Below are positions 34,301 to 44,606 of a stretch of DNA of 64,000 nucleotides, piece after piece. Made by a program: the position numbers and the translations under genes. The stretch covers positions 25,048,001-25,112,000 of the forward strand of contig JBHGNT010000002.1 of the NCBI GenBank assembly GCA_043228905.1. Reading direction: 5' to 3'. Position 1 is the stretch's first letter. Every line of letters starts with the position of its first letter. Under the pieces are notes generated by a model. The model saw only the letters and a list, made by a program, of their open reading frames with translations, was not told the DNA's origin and searched no databases. Source of the stretch: Azolla caroliniana. Its lineage: Eukaryota > Plantae > Polypodiophyta.

Positions 34301-34833
34301 CCGGGTACATGCCGACGGAGCTTATGTTCGGCCAGAAGCCGATCATGCCGATGGAACGGGCGATCTCCTCATGGGCAACGGTCGATTGGAGGGACGAGAT
34401 GAGCCGGGAGGAGTTGTTGGCCGCGCGTATACGACAACTCGAGCGGAGACCGGAGGACGTGAAGCTGGCTGCGGAGAAGCTCCGGGTGGCGAGGATAAAG
34501 AACAAAGCCAGGTTCGACCGAACGCACCGGCTCCGACCGAAGAAGATCGAGGAAGGTGACTGGGTGCTCGTCTACGACAGCAGCCTCGACAACCAGCACC
34601 GGGCCACACGGAAGTTCGCGCGGAGATGGTTTGGGCCGTACGCAGTACAAAGCGCCAACGACAACGGAACGTATCACCTGGCGGAACTCGACGGCACGAG
34701 AATGGAGATACCCGTGGCTGGGAAGAGGGTCAAAGCCTTCAAGAAGCGACACGACGACGAGCCAGACCCGGTTCTCCTAGACAGCAGCGACGACCGATCC
34801 GAGACCGAGGAAGGACTGATGGGCGAAGAGTGA
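31372..34833 (+). CDS. RT-RNase H-integrase of element G; frame open directly after the gag-PR TAG
   Basis: DLYSGYDQ, LPQGGTNS, PFLDDI RT; TVDTS and NAMADMLSR RNase H; HHCC, DRGE, NGKVER integrase; WFGPY motif. Confidence 0.92.
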   Translation, partial: RTIRAWGRDSPGTPDEPHTCTIGRRFWFSENGGCTIARIRGKERKREEERLKACGVLGPDEEISGAVEAVSFDDTLGMLGKVVEEDLNEDRTIPVCSEEMYEVIADFGRGLESDRTARVSTKYKTVDRKVRPVAVPLPEGSESRIKGVASDPSLRDPACIGHTFTNETLRELKIGGGGFLLLAEEDRFRRMLGRHGKAFAFSPEEIGCVDPTIVEPMVIFTVPHVPCNLKPIPVPRGHIPKLMELLKQKVDMGILELSSAPYSNRWFTVPKKNGSLRFIQDLQPVNRVTIRNARIGPTIDEFAEAFAGRSIYSVGDLYSGYDQFQLAVESRDITTMRTPLGLVRMCTLPQGGTNSVAHMVNAMNKVLRDCIPDITMPFLDDIPIKGCPVAEKDETIGPDGCRRFVATHIDDCEKVLQRLEAARLTFSGEKSAFGQSEIMVVGHLCGPDGRKPSPAKVEAISAMKPDCSSVTEVRRFLGACAFYHIWIPHYAHVAEPLYGLLKKGQKFEWRNEHTESVRKMKEALAAAPALRKAVYGKGTPVYITVDTSPTGIGWVVNQQDEDGNRFPIRFGAKVLSERQRGYAQVKRELWGVVSAVKADKDYLIGTEVIIETDCLPILGMVSGCATPDLAMLRWIAYIKSLDPEIRHISGKDNAMADMLSRARFDDEGGMVSEDEEVGVDFFEAANVTTDGTSTPALNDFDASKYDGEWLQIGGFLRTMAPDASWTKDEANRIRKKAYWFFLRDGYLWKHPKKRDGAPLRVVAMKEEQEELLTAYHDSPWAGHRGTWATFEKIKEKYWWPGLYRDVHRFVTTCESCQMHSVVRHRDELHPTYPPTIHFKWMVDLVTMPMGVGQMRYLVLAREDLTNQVEGRALPNKTTAAVCRFLIEDVICRYGCVGKIVADRGELDAEEAAELFDRLGVKLSLTTAYNPEANGKVERGHGPIVKALVRACGGQVGNWPRLLPYALWADRTTHSSVTGYMPTELMFGQKPIMPMERAISSWATVDWRDEMSREELLAARIRQLERRPEDVKLAAEKLRVARIKNKARFDRTHRLRPKKIEEGDWVLVYDSSLDNQHRATRKFARRWFGPYAVQSANDNGTYHLAELDGTRMEIPVAGKRVKAFKKRHDDEPDPVLLDSSDDRSETEEGLMGEE

Positions 34834-35674
34834 AGGCGGGCCGGTTTTCTCCGTCCCAACTTAATTGGCGCATGCCGGTGGATGCGCGGTTAGGTGGGGG
34901 CGGATGTCGTGAAGAAAACCGTCCAAGGGTGGAATTGGGGCACCAAGGCGTGGGAACCGGCTCTTCACGCGCGTGCGCGCCAAGTTGTACATAGAGAGGG
35001 ATTAGGTACCTAGGAGGATCAAAGTGGTTAGATACGGTAGGTAGAAATTTAATGCCGAACGGCTCCGTCTGGACCTATAAAAGGAGGAGGACGGGGAAGA
35101 AGAAAGCATCGCGACTTGGCGAGGACGAAGTGCTGTCGAACTGCGAAGAGGCTCTTCTTTCCTGGAGAGAAGATCGTCGGACGCTGCAGAGCCTTGGGAT
35201 TCGTCGTTTCTGCTGCGTGGGAAGCCCGAGTGCTTCCGGCAGAGGCTCCCTGTTCTGCTGCTGCTTCGAGGTCGCGGATTTGGGCGTAGAGGTCGTGATC
35301 CGTCGGGAGTTCGTTGTCTCTGCTCCGTGGACAGCCCGTGTGCTTCCGGCAAAGACACTCCTCTTCTGTGACATTCTGCTCCTGTGGGTGCGTGAGTGGG
35401 ACCCGTGTTGGGACCCTTGCCGGCGTGCCGGTTGTAAATGACAGTTTGTATTCTCTGTTTAATTGAAGTCTAGCAGTCTCGTCCTTTCTTGCTCTTGTTG
35501 TCTCCCTCGTCTCTTGTGCAGTCGGTCTTTCACACACACACACACACACGAATACACACCCGCCTGCTCTTCTCCTCCATCTTCTTCGTTCTCACTCTCA
35601 CTCTCTCCTTGGTTCGAGACCCCCGTGGTCCCGCCTCTGTTCCTACACGTACCCGCGGAAGACCGCGACACCGG

Positions 35675-38127
35675 GCACAACAGACAATGCCGAATCTAGC
35701 AATGCCCGGAAGGCCTACTGCTACTACTGCCGACAGGAAGGCCACTATAGTAGCCAATGCCCGGTGAAGAGCTATGAAAAACGACCGGCGGTAAATATGG
35801 TAGTCCCTGAGGTGGCAGACCTGCAGCAGGTGACCACAAGGAAGTGTAGAAAAGTTTTCCTTGACGATTTCACCGTCTATAGCCGGGAGGAGGACCATTT
35901 TCAGCACCTCCGTCTTTGTCTAGAAAAGTGTAGAGCGTACCGGCTAAGCTTGAATCCGGCAAAATGTGTATTTGGCGTGTCCAGTGGAACTTTATTAGGA
36001 CATATCGTGAGCCAGGAAGGTATTGCAGTCGACCCGGACAAAGTGAAAGCCATATTAGAAGCACCGGCGCCGGCAACGGCAAAGGCATTAAGCCGGTTCT
36101 TAGGCCAGATCCGGTGGCACAGCCGGATGCTCCGATACTTGGCCGACCTGGCTACACCGTTGCATGTCGCCGTACATCAGACACCATTCCAGTGGACCGA
36201 TACTGAGGATAGGGCGTATAAGGCCCTCAAGGTACTATTGTCGCAGGCACCGGTAGTGCAACCTCCGGATTGGAGTAAAGAATTTCACGTGTTCGTGGAC
36301 GCCTCCGACATCGCAATCGGAAGCGTACTGATGCAGCTTACGGAACCAAAGTGGTACCGGCCAGTGTACTATGCCAGCCGGAAGCTATCCCAAGCAGAAC
36401 GGAACTACACTACTACGGAACGGGAAGCTCTAGGAATGATCTACAGTGTGACAAAGTTTCGGCACTATTTATTGGGAAGGAAGTTTTCCTTCAATGTAGA
36501 TCATTCGGCACTCCTTTACCTAGTGTCCAAGGCATCACTCACCGGCAAATTGGCCCGGTGGACCTTATTGTTACAGGAGTTCGAGTTTGAAATATTCCAC
36601 CGACCCGGTATACAGCATGCCGTAGCGGATTACTTAAGTCGATTGGAGTCCGGAGAGACGGGTGACGGAGTACCGGATGAGTTTCCGGATGCGGAGCTGT
36701 TTCGAGTCACTACGGAGACGGCAACAGATGAGACAGTGGCCCAGAAAGACAAGTGGCTCACAAATATGCACCAGTTTCTAAGCACAGGACTGCCTCCGGA
36801 AGAGCTGAACCGAGACGAACAGAAACGCCTGGCGGTACAAAGCCGACATTTCTGTTTACTGCAAGACACATTGTACCACAAAGGCGTTGACGGCATATGG
36901 AGACGGGTAGTGCGCAGCGATGAAAAGGAACTAATACTGAGGGAAGTCCACTGCGGAGTTGCCGGAGGTCACTATGCCGGAGATGCGACAGCCAGAAAAA
37001 TATGGCAAAGTGGCCTATGGTGGCCAACGACATTAAGAGATGTGGTACGGTACGCAAAAGAATGTGACCTATGCCAGAGAATGGGCCAGCCAACGGAGCA
37101 AGCTCGTATGCCACACCAGCCAGTACTACCACTCGAGCCATTCCAAAAGTGCGGGCTGGACTTTGTAGGACCGTTCAAGCCACCGGCAATGAGAACGGGT
37201 AATCGGTATGTTATCGTTGCTACGGATTACTGCACGAAATGGGTGGAGGCCAAAGCTTTATGGGATAACACCGCTGCGTCAACGGCAAAGTTTCTATATG
37301 AGTACATCTGGTGCCGTTACGGATGCCCCATTGAATTGATAAGTGACCAAGGGGGGCACTTTCTCGGACAAGTAGTGGAAAGCCTAACGACGTTCTATGC
37401 TGTGGTCCACAACCGAAGCACACCTTACTATCCACAGGCGAACGGATTAGCGGAATCAACAAACAAGACGCTCCAGAACATCCTTCGGAAGATCGTCAAC
37501 GAGAACCGGACGGATTGGGACACAAAGCTACATAGCGCGCTTTGGGCATACCGAACGGCATACAAAACGAGCATCCGAACAACACCGTTCCGGTTGGCAT
37601 TCGGACTCGAGGCGATCATGCCGGTAGAATTTCAAGTACCTAGCTTACGGATCCAGCGATGAGAACGGCTGAACGAGAAGGAGTCGGAGACAATAAGGTT
37701 GACAGCGTTGTGTGAGCTGGAGGAACAACGGTTGGCCAGCATCCTACATTTAGAATTGGAGCAACGGCGATGGAAAGCATTCGTCGACCGGCACAGGAAA
37801 GGTAACGAAAAAATGTTCGCAATCGACAAACCAATGTTAGTATTCCAAACCCGGATGGGCAAGATGCCGGGTAAACTAAGGTTTAGATGGACCGAACCAT
37901 ATTGGCTAACACGGGAGTATAATGGGTCCTACCAGTTGGGGACACTTGCCGGCGAAGTGTTGGGCAAATGGGTCAACGGATTCCGGTTAAAGGCATATAG
38001 AGGACTGATGCCTAAGAACCCGTTTGAGCAAAGGACCGACGGCAACCACCAAGACGGCAGAGACGGCAAGCCGGGAACCGGAGAGAATGAGGCCGGTAAG
38101 GGTCCGGGAGGACCAACGGACATGTGA
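35675..38127 (+). pseudogene. Element F gag C-terminus fused to truncated RT, RNase H and integrase
   Basis: CYYCRQEGHYSSQC knuckle, then QVTTRK runs directly into KVFLDDF (PR and N-terminal RT absent); VDASD RNase H; integrase with a premature stop at 37662. Confidence 0.88.
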
Positions 38128-38498
38128 CGTCACACTAATAATAATAATAACTGGAAAAAAAAAAAACAATCATGCAAAAGCGAGGAATGAAGGGATGAAA
38201 GAGCGTGGAGCGAAAAGGTACGTAGTGGGCATTTAAAGCGCCACCACAGGACATAATGCTATTTTAAGTACGCGACATGCACAAACTCGAAAAAGGCGCC
38301 AGAATGCACAGACAAAAACCATTGCGCGTAGAGACCCTCTACTTTCGCGAACCCAGGAGCACAGAAGCACCAAAACATTGCAAGATAATCAGACGAGAAC
38401 CGGCACACAGAGAACCCCCGCCTTCTAAACTCTCTCTTTCTCAACCCCGCTCTCATCACCATCCATCCTCGTCACCGCAATCCGACCCCGACACAGAG

Positions 38499-41023
38499 AT
38501 GGACCCGCAAACGCTGTCGGAAGCCGCCAAGACATGGCTGAAGCAACACGGACTCGAGGGCTTCTTGATGATGATGGAAGTACCGCCACACAAAGAAGCC
38601 GACAAAGTGATCAAGGAAATCGATACAGAGGTCATAACGGCAAAGGCGATTCGAGCATTAACAGGCCTTCCGGAGGGAGGCATACTCACGATCGACAATC
38701 CAACCCCGGAGCAACTCATCAGGTATTTTGGTGAGTACTCTCTAGCCAGCAAGGGCTACCGGACACAGGGCGGCGGAGATATGCTATTCCGCGAAATTGC
38801 TCGTGTGCTCCATGAATACGGCCACGTATACCCTAGACCCCCTGTCATGCCGCAGAACCGGGCAGGGATGATCATCACCACCTATGAAGGGATCAAGGTG
38901 GATTGGCCGGTATCGATCGCAGACGAGTTGTGTGCGGCGATCGAGATCGTTAGAGGCAAAGACGGCAAAGAAGGCCGAGACGGACGAAGGATATGGCACG
39001 CCGTAACGCAGTGGCTCACCTTGCTGGTGCCACCCGTTCAGACCGTCCAGCCCAAGAAGCGAGGAAGAGTGTCGGACGACACACCAAGGACGGCTTCCAA
39101 ACGGCAACAGTTGTCGGCAAGGACCGTTGAGACAGCCGGGAAACGTTCGGACCCTCAGACGGAGGGAACACCGGCTCCCCAGACTGAGACTCCCACGCCA
39201 AGGAAGGAACCGGAACCGGTGCAGATGGCACCAGAAACAGAAGCCCCGGCACCACCGGCAACACCGGCAAGTCCCATCCCGCCAGAGCCGGAAAGGTCAC
39301 TACAGCCTCCCTCGGTCAGCCAAGAAGAAGCGCAAGGGGAACCAGGACAGCAGGATGGCCCACGGGCAGAAAAGGAACTGCAACTCGACGCAACCAGGCG
39401 GGACCACCCCTCTACAAGTGAGCCCATCTATCAAACCTCCGTACAAGCACAAGAAGGCATCGGTAGCCTATGGCTCCGGTGGATAGGCGAACAGATAGCC
39501 GGAGCAGTGAGGTATATAGAGGCGGAAGAAAGAGCGCAAATCGAACGGTTGCTCGTCACAACCGAACAACTAGAGACGGCCCGGTCTAGAATCCGGTGCC
39601 TTGAAAAAGATTTGGATCAGGTCACGACAGAGATGGCCAAAATACAGATCCAATCACCGGTGACTCCGGTAAGTGTACAGAATAAAGAAACGGAACGACC
39701 TGTACATAGCAATAAGACCCCGGCAACGGAAACCGTTCCGGCGAGAGATGCGGCGCAAGCTGGGAGCTTGCGGAATTGAGAGAGGAACTTGCCGCACAAG
39801 AAGCGCTAAGGAGCCGTGAACGAGAATTGAAGATGGCGGCCGAAGTCGAATTAAAGAAGACTGCGGAGAACCTCCGCCGAGCAGAGGAGAGCCTCCGGGA
39901 AGGCCATCAAGCGTACGACCAGCTAAAGGAGGAGAAAGACAAAGTGCTGCAGGAAAAGGACAAGTTGCGGAAAACGGCGGAAACAGAGATTGAACGGCTA
40001 AAGGAAGAGTTCCGCCAGTAGAAGGACCGCGAGGACCGGGCCCGTCGTCAGATCAACGCACGGCTCAAGCAAAAGACGGATGATTTTGAGCACCTGCACC
40101 GGGACTACAAACGGCTGGAAACGGAGCATAAAGAACAGATGGCCAAGCTCCAGCAAGCAGTTGATCGAGCCGCGACGGCGATCGCCAACGAACGGGCGGA
40201 AAATACAAGACGCTTGGAAGAGGCGGAGAAGGTCCGAATGGAGCTCCAGAGGCAGCAGCAAGAAGACAAAGAGAGAGCGTCAACAGTATTGCAGAAATTA
40301 CAAAGTACATATCAAAGGCAATTGACGCATTACAAGGCGCAAGCGGAGGACAACATAAAAATCATCAAACAACTAAAGGAGGAACGGCAAGCGACGGAAA
40401 CCAAATCACAATTGGGAACGAGCCGGATTCAGTCCATCCTTCGGGCATGGCTGAATCAGACGAAACACTTGATTGATGAAAGCTCCGTAAAATGGTGGAC
40501 AAAGTGGGCACAAAACGCGGCGGAACTCCAGTTGCTACGGGCGGATGTGGCAAACCGGCGGAAGGAAGGAGATGACTGTTATACATTGATTTCCGAGGAC
40601 TTCACCGCCATACGGAACGAGCTGGCCGACGACTTCCAAGTCCTGGCAGATGAACAACTGGCACAGGTCAGGCAGCTTGTAGCTCAGCTGGACGATGATA
40701 GGCTGGACGCTCAAATCCAGTTTGAAAGCTACGAGCGGTCCCGGGTGCGGGAAGAAAAAGCATGGGAAGCGACAACGGTTAACCTTAGTGATGAGGAATC
40801 GTCGCCGGCTGAGGGCCAACAGGGAACCAGTCAACCGGAGACCACCACGACGCAGGGAGCAACGACGGAGACGCCGGTGTCAGAGCCACAACCGGAGGAG
40901 CAGCCGCAGCAACCACCAACGGACCCGCCGCAGCAGACAACAACAGAGCAACAACAACCACTTCCAGATGAACCATTGGAGCCTCTCGAACAGAGCATTC
41001 TGGACATTTTGGACGAAGAATAG
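38499..41023 (+). pseudogene. Extra sense ORF3 of element F (about 840 aa reconstructed): globular N-terminus, Pro-rich linker, long coiled coil, acidic tail
   Basis: ORFs 38277-39779, 39776-40021 and 40139-41023 join with one frameshift and one TAG; lies between pol and the 3' LTR. Confidence 0.75.
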
Positions 41024-43797
41024 CAAGGGTCGGTTGTGGATTCGACGTACAAGGTACTGTCCCACGAGCGTGCCATGTGTTACCGGCCGGCAAAGGAGTC
41101 CAGAGTGGGAAACGAAGAGCTAATTAAGTAGTAGGAATGTGGTTGTAATTAAGCTATGAGTGTGGACGGACGGACCGGAAACGGTATGCCGTTCCGGATC
41201 CGGACCAATCCCGAACAGGTGCGGATGGCACCGTTTTGTAATACAGACCGGAAACCTATTTAAAGGCCCGGATACAATGTAATAGTTAGCGGTTAATTAA
41301 TGAAAGCTTAAGCGTTGTTATCTCTCTGTGTTAATTGTCGTTCTGTCTTAATTGTTATATCTTACGTGTGTTATGAAGACAATCCTAATAAGTAACTTAA
41401 TTAAGTCGGATTAAGCGTTGAAGTCTAATCTGGTTGCCGTAACACCCTTTGGTGAAGTGTCTCCCATAGACACCCTGTGTTAGGCCATTGTCCGGCCCGA
41501 AGAGTTAACAAGGGCTTGCACGCGGCCTCCACAAAGCCGGTGCTCTCCTCAACGGGGTCACTCCAGCTGGTAACTTCGTGCACACGCTCCTCCGCGTGCT
41601 CCGCTTCTCCCTTCTGCAACCTTCCTCCGGACAAGGTCTCGAGAATAACCAGCCAGAACCTCGGGTTTGAATCGGGTTTGGCTGTCTTTTCACCTACGCG
41701 GATGCCAGCCGAAGCCGAGTAGTGGACAGCTTCGACGTGTCGTGCTGCGGCCTCCTCCATTAGCCTCTTCATGCCACCTCATCCGAAATTCGCATCAAGT
41801 AATCTTCTTGTGTCGCTCGCATGTATCCTACCATTCGAAAGATAAACTACATTACTTCTGAGCGCTTCCCCGAGGTCAGCGCAATCTCTCCGGGCATGTC
41901 CGGTGGCATCGCACCATATGCACCTCTTATTGGCCGACGGTCGTCGGTCGCGCAGCTGACCTTCATCGCTTCGTCGGGCCTGGGCGATCTGGAGGTCGCG
42001 CACCATCCTTGTTAGTTCTTCAAGTCCTGCGCTACCTGCAAATCCCGCGACTTCGTTTGCCGGGGGTGGACCCAGCTCGAGCCACCTCCTCGTTTCTTCC
42101 ATTCGGGTTGGTGTCGGCTCGGCTTTGGTCTCGACAGCTGGTCCGGTCGGCGAGGACCCCCTTTCTTTCCAATCTCGGCGTTTGTCAATCCTGTTGCATA
42201 CTTCTTTGACGGTCACCCAATCAGTCGTGAGACCATACTTGGTTTCAAGAAGAAGACCCCTGCTTTCCCGGACGCGCGAGTTGAACGACGTAACGAAAAA
42301 TAGGACTTTGCTCGTTTCAAGCACGGTTCGGTCCAATCTAGAGAGCCACGCGAACCGTGACTCAAACTCTTGGAGGAGCGCTGAAGCATTCTGACCCTTG
42401 TCAGGGTGGTTGACCCAATCCATAAAGTCCTTTCTTGATAGCCGGAGCGAGTCGTTGTAGTTGTACCTCTCGAGAACTTCCTCCGCGAATTCCACCCAAT
42501 CGCGACAACCTGCTTGTATTTCGGCCTTCTCCGTATGGATGTGTGGTGTCACGACCCGGGGAAACCTTGTCAGTCGTCTTTCCTCGGGTATATTCCTCAT
42601 CTGCATTTTAGATTTGTAGGCCTCTAAGTAACTCGTGGCGTCTTTCCCACTGAACCGGACTATCTTGTCGATCGTTGCTTCTATGGCCCTGTCGAGGGCA
42701 CTCGCGCCCTCGTGAGCGCTAACCAGGCAGTCTACCGCCACCGCCATTGCTTCTGCAAGTTCGCTCCCTCTCATTTTCAGATTCCTTTGCCGCCCTTCTT
42801 CACGTCGGGTTCACCAAATATGTCGAGGAAATCCTTGCGGATGCGTAGAAGTAGGGCAGGACCGCAGGGGGTCTTGAACCAAGGAATCAAGAAGTGAGGA
42901 GGAAGAGTATGTGGTTTACGTAAGCCCTGAGACCGCTGTTAAGCAGAGAAGGATAGCGAAACGAGAGAGTGTGTGTAAGAGGATCACGTGTAGACACAGG
43001 CGCAGACAGAGATGTTGAGAACAACACGAGTTAGGTAGATAGGTTTTTATTAATCAAAACATGCGCGTAGCACTATGGGGAATTACAACCGGATCAGTGT
43101 CGGTGATAGAGCGTAGAGCTCTGCAGTAGTTAGATGCAAAGGTACGTAGGCATACAGAAGGTCGATCCCTCGATCGGGAGCACTCAGACGTCTGACGCGA
43201 GCAGGGGAAGCGCCTTCCGGTGATACCTCGTAGGACTCCCCGTCCCTTCTTCTCGTTACTTCTTTTCTCCTCTCTTGATTACCTTGTTCTCTCTCGATGA
43301 CATCCCCCAAGACAGTCAAAGGTCGCCCCTTTTATAGCACAAGGAGCAACCGTTACAAAGCATTCATGACCTGTCGTTTTCCCTTCCTAGATTCACTCTC
43401 CTCGTAACTCTCCCTACTTACGCGATGTCTAAATCCCTATTAATGCTTTAACTACCTAGTACACCTCCTTCTACCTATGCCCAATACTTACACTATTTAA
43501 CTCACTAGGGGTATGCACTCGTGCACACCAATGTTCCTGCGCGTTTCACATCGTTTCTACCTATGGCCCGGAATCTTCACGGCAGCGTGTGAAAACTTTA
43601 GTTGAGTGGAAGCAAGTGTGGCCAATATGCTTTTGGTTCCTTTATATCAAACACATGCTAATATTTTTACAAGGCTAGTATGTGTTGTCTACAAGATGAT
43701 CACACCCATTGACTATTATCATGCATCTCTTCCAACCATTGTTGTTGCACCATTGTAGAACCTTTACAAATTTAAAACTATGTTTAAAATAAAATAA

Positions 43798-43800
<3 letters not shown>

Positions 43801-43830
<30 letters not shown>
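43801..43830. repeat. (TG)15 microsatellite
   Basis: Direct reading. Confidence 0.95.
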
Positions 43831-43834
<4 letters not shown>

Positions 43835-43901
43835 AAAATCAACTATCAATAGGCACAATTTGAAGCAACAAATTTTGTAAACTTGTATTATAGGCTCGAA
43901 G

Positions 43902-44280
43902 GCACATTATAGTACAGATGGTATGCAACAAATATATGTGCATCTAAGAGAGCAATATATAGATATAAGTAATAACAATGGCTTGAAGTGGTTCAACAAC
44001 CTTAGTTAACTCAATCAAGGTTGTCTTTAATATGCAAGCTTAACAATCTAACAAGTGTGTGTATACAATATCTATTGCACATTTCCTCAAACACCGACTA
44101 TGTTGTATCATAATCCTAGATGCACATTATAATGTCTATGTGCTGCAACAAATATGTGTTCACTTAAGACAACAAATGTAGATGTAACAATGGCTTGAAG
44201 TGCATCAATAACCATAGTTCACTCTACTAAGGTTGCCTTTTATACGAGGGCGTACTAACCCTAACAAATGTGTGTAATTA
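43902..44280. repeat. Old diverged tandem duplication, period about 220 bp
   Basis: GCACATTATA...TGCAACAAATAT...TAACAATGGCTTGAAGTG...AAGGTTG...CTAACAA recurs from about 43902 and 44122. Confidence 0.7.
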
Positions 44281-44534
44281 TTGCATTAACTCCTTGATTG
44301 GGGCATTTTGGAGCTAGTTCACAGAAATGGTTACACGCCTTGTATTTATCTACATAATCAACATTAGCTTTATATCATATCATCTTCAACGGTACTCTTT
44401 TGTAGCATCAATCTAGTTAATCTGACATTACGTTGATGACAACATTTAATAATGCTACTCTATTTTACGAACATGATAGTACATGCCACATGATTGATAA
44501 TGTTGAATAATTGTTCTTGCCCTTCAAGCTGTCA

Positions 44535-44606
44535 TGAGATGGCAAGACTCGAACCCATGACCTTATGGTATATGGGTCGAGCTCTTAACCATCTCACCAT
44601 CTATTG
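44535..44606 (-). promoter_or_regulatory. tRNA-like Pol III cassette, antisense at the U3 end of the J 5' LTR (identical copy about 49766-49837)
   Basis: Minus strand: A box TGGTGAGATGGT (44599-44588), AGGTCATG, B box GGTTCGAGTC (44555-44546). Confidence 0.65.

Larger units (their letters stand above)
28441..35670 (+). mobile_element. Young full-length Gypsy element G, tRNA-Trp primed, 4-bp TSD
   Basis: LTRs 28441-29208 and 34905-35670 (about four substitutions by eye), TSD CCGG (28437-28440, 35671-35674), 18-nt PBS TGGTGAACCCGACGTGAA 29213-29230 complementary to the plant tRNA-Trp 3' end, PPT 34892-34904. Confidence 0.96.
26226..41510 (+). mobile_element. Non-chromovirus (Athila/Tat-like) Gypsy element F, internally deleted, with extra ORF; hosts G
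   Basis: LTRs 26226-26657 and 41078-41510 (about eleven substitutions by eye, mostly CpG transitions), TSD AGGGC (26221-26225, 41511-41515), PBS TGGCGACCAC about 26665 (tRNA-Arg-like), gag from ATG 26711. Confidence 0.92.
25874..43584 (-). mobile_element. Gypsy element H (tRNA-Trp lineage, G relative), 5' half only; hosts F
   Basis: 5' LTR 42821-43584 (rc TGCCGTGAAGA...CTCGACA), PBS rc TGGTGAACCCGACGTGAA 42799-42816, gag from 42774 to 41516 continuing 26220-25874 (ends at ELAESHYA). Confidence 0.9.

Noticed and set aside
28538-35907. Many overlapping antisense and alternate-frame ORFs in G and other GC-rich elements
   Set aside because: Expected shadow ORFs in GC-rich coding DNA and LTRs; no recognisable domains.
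25874-43588. GCGT at 25874 and 43585 as a TSD bounding one element
   Set aside because: The first GCGT is part of H gag codons (SHYA) and is the right flank of E; no LTR end follows it.
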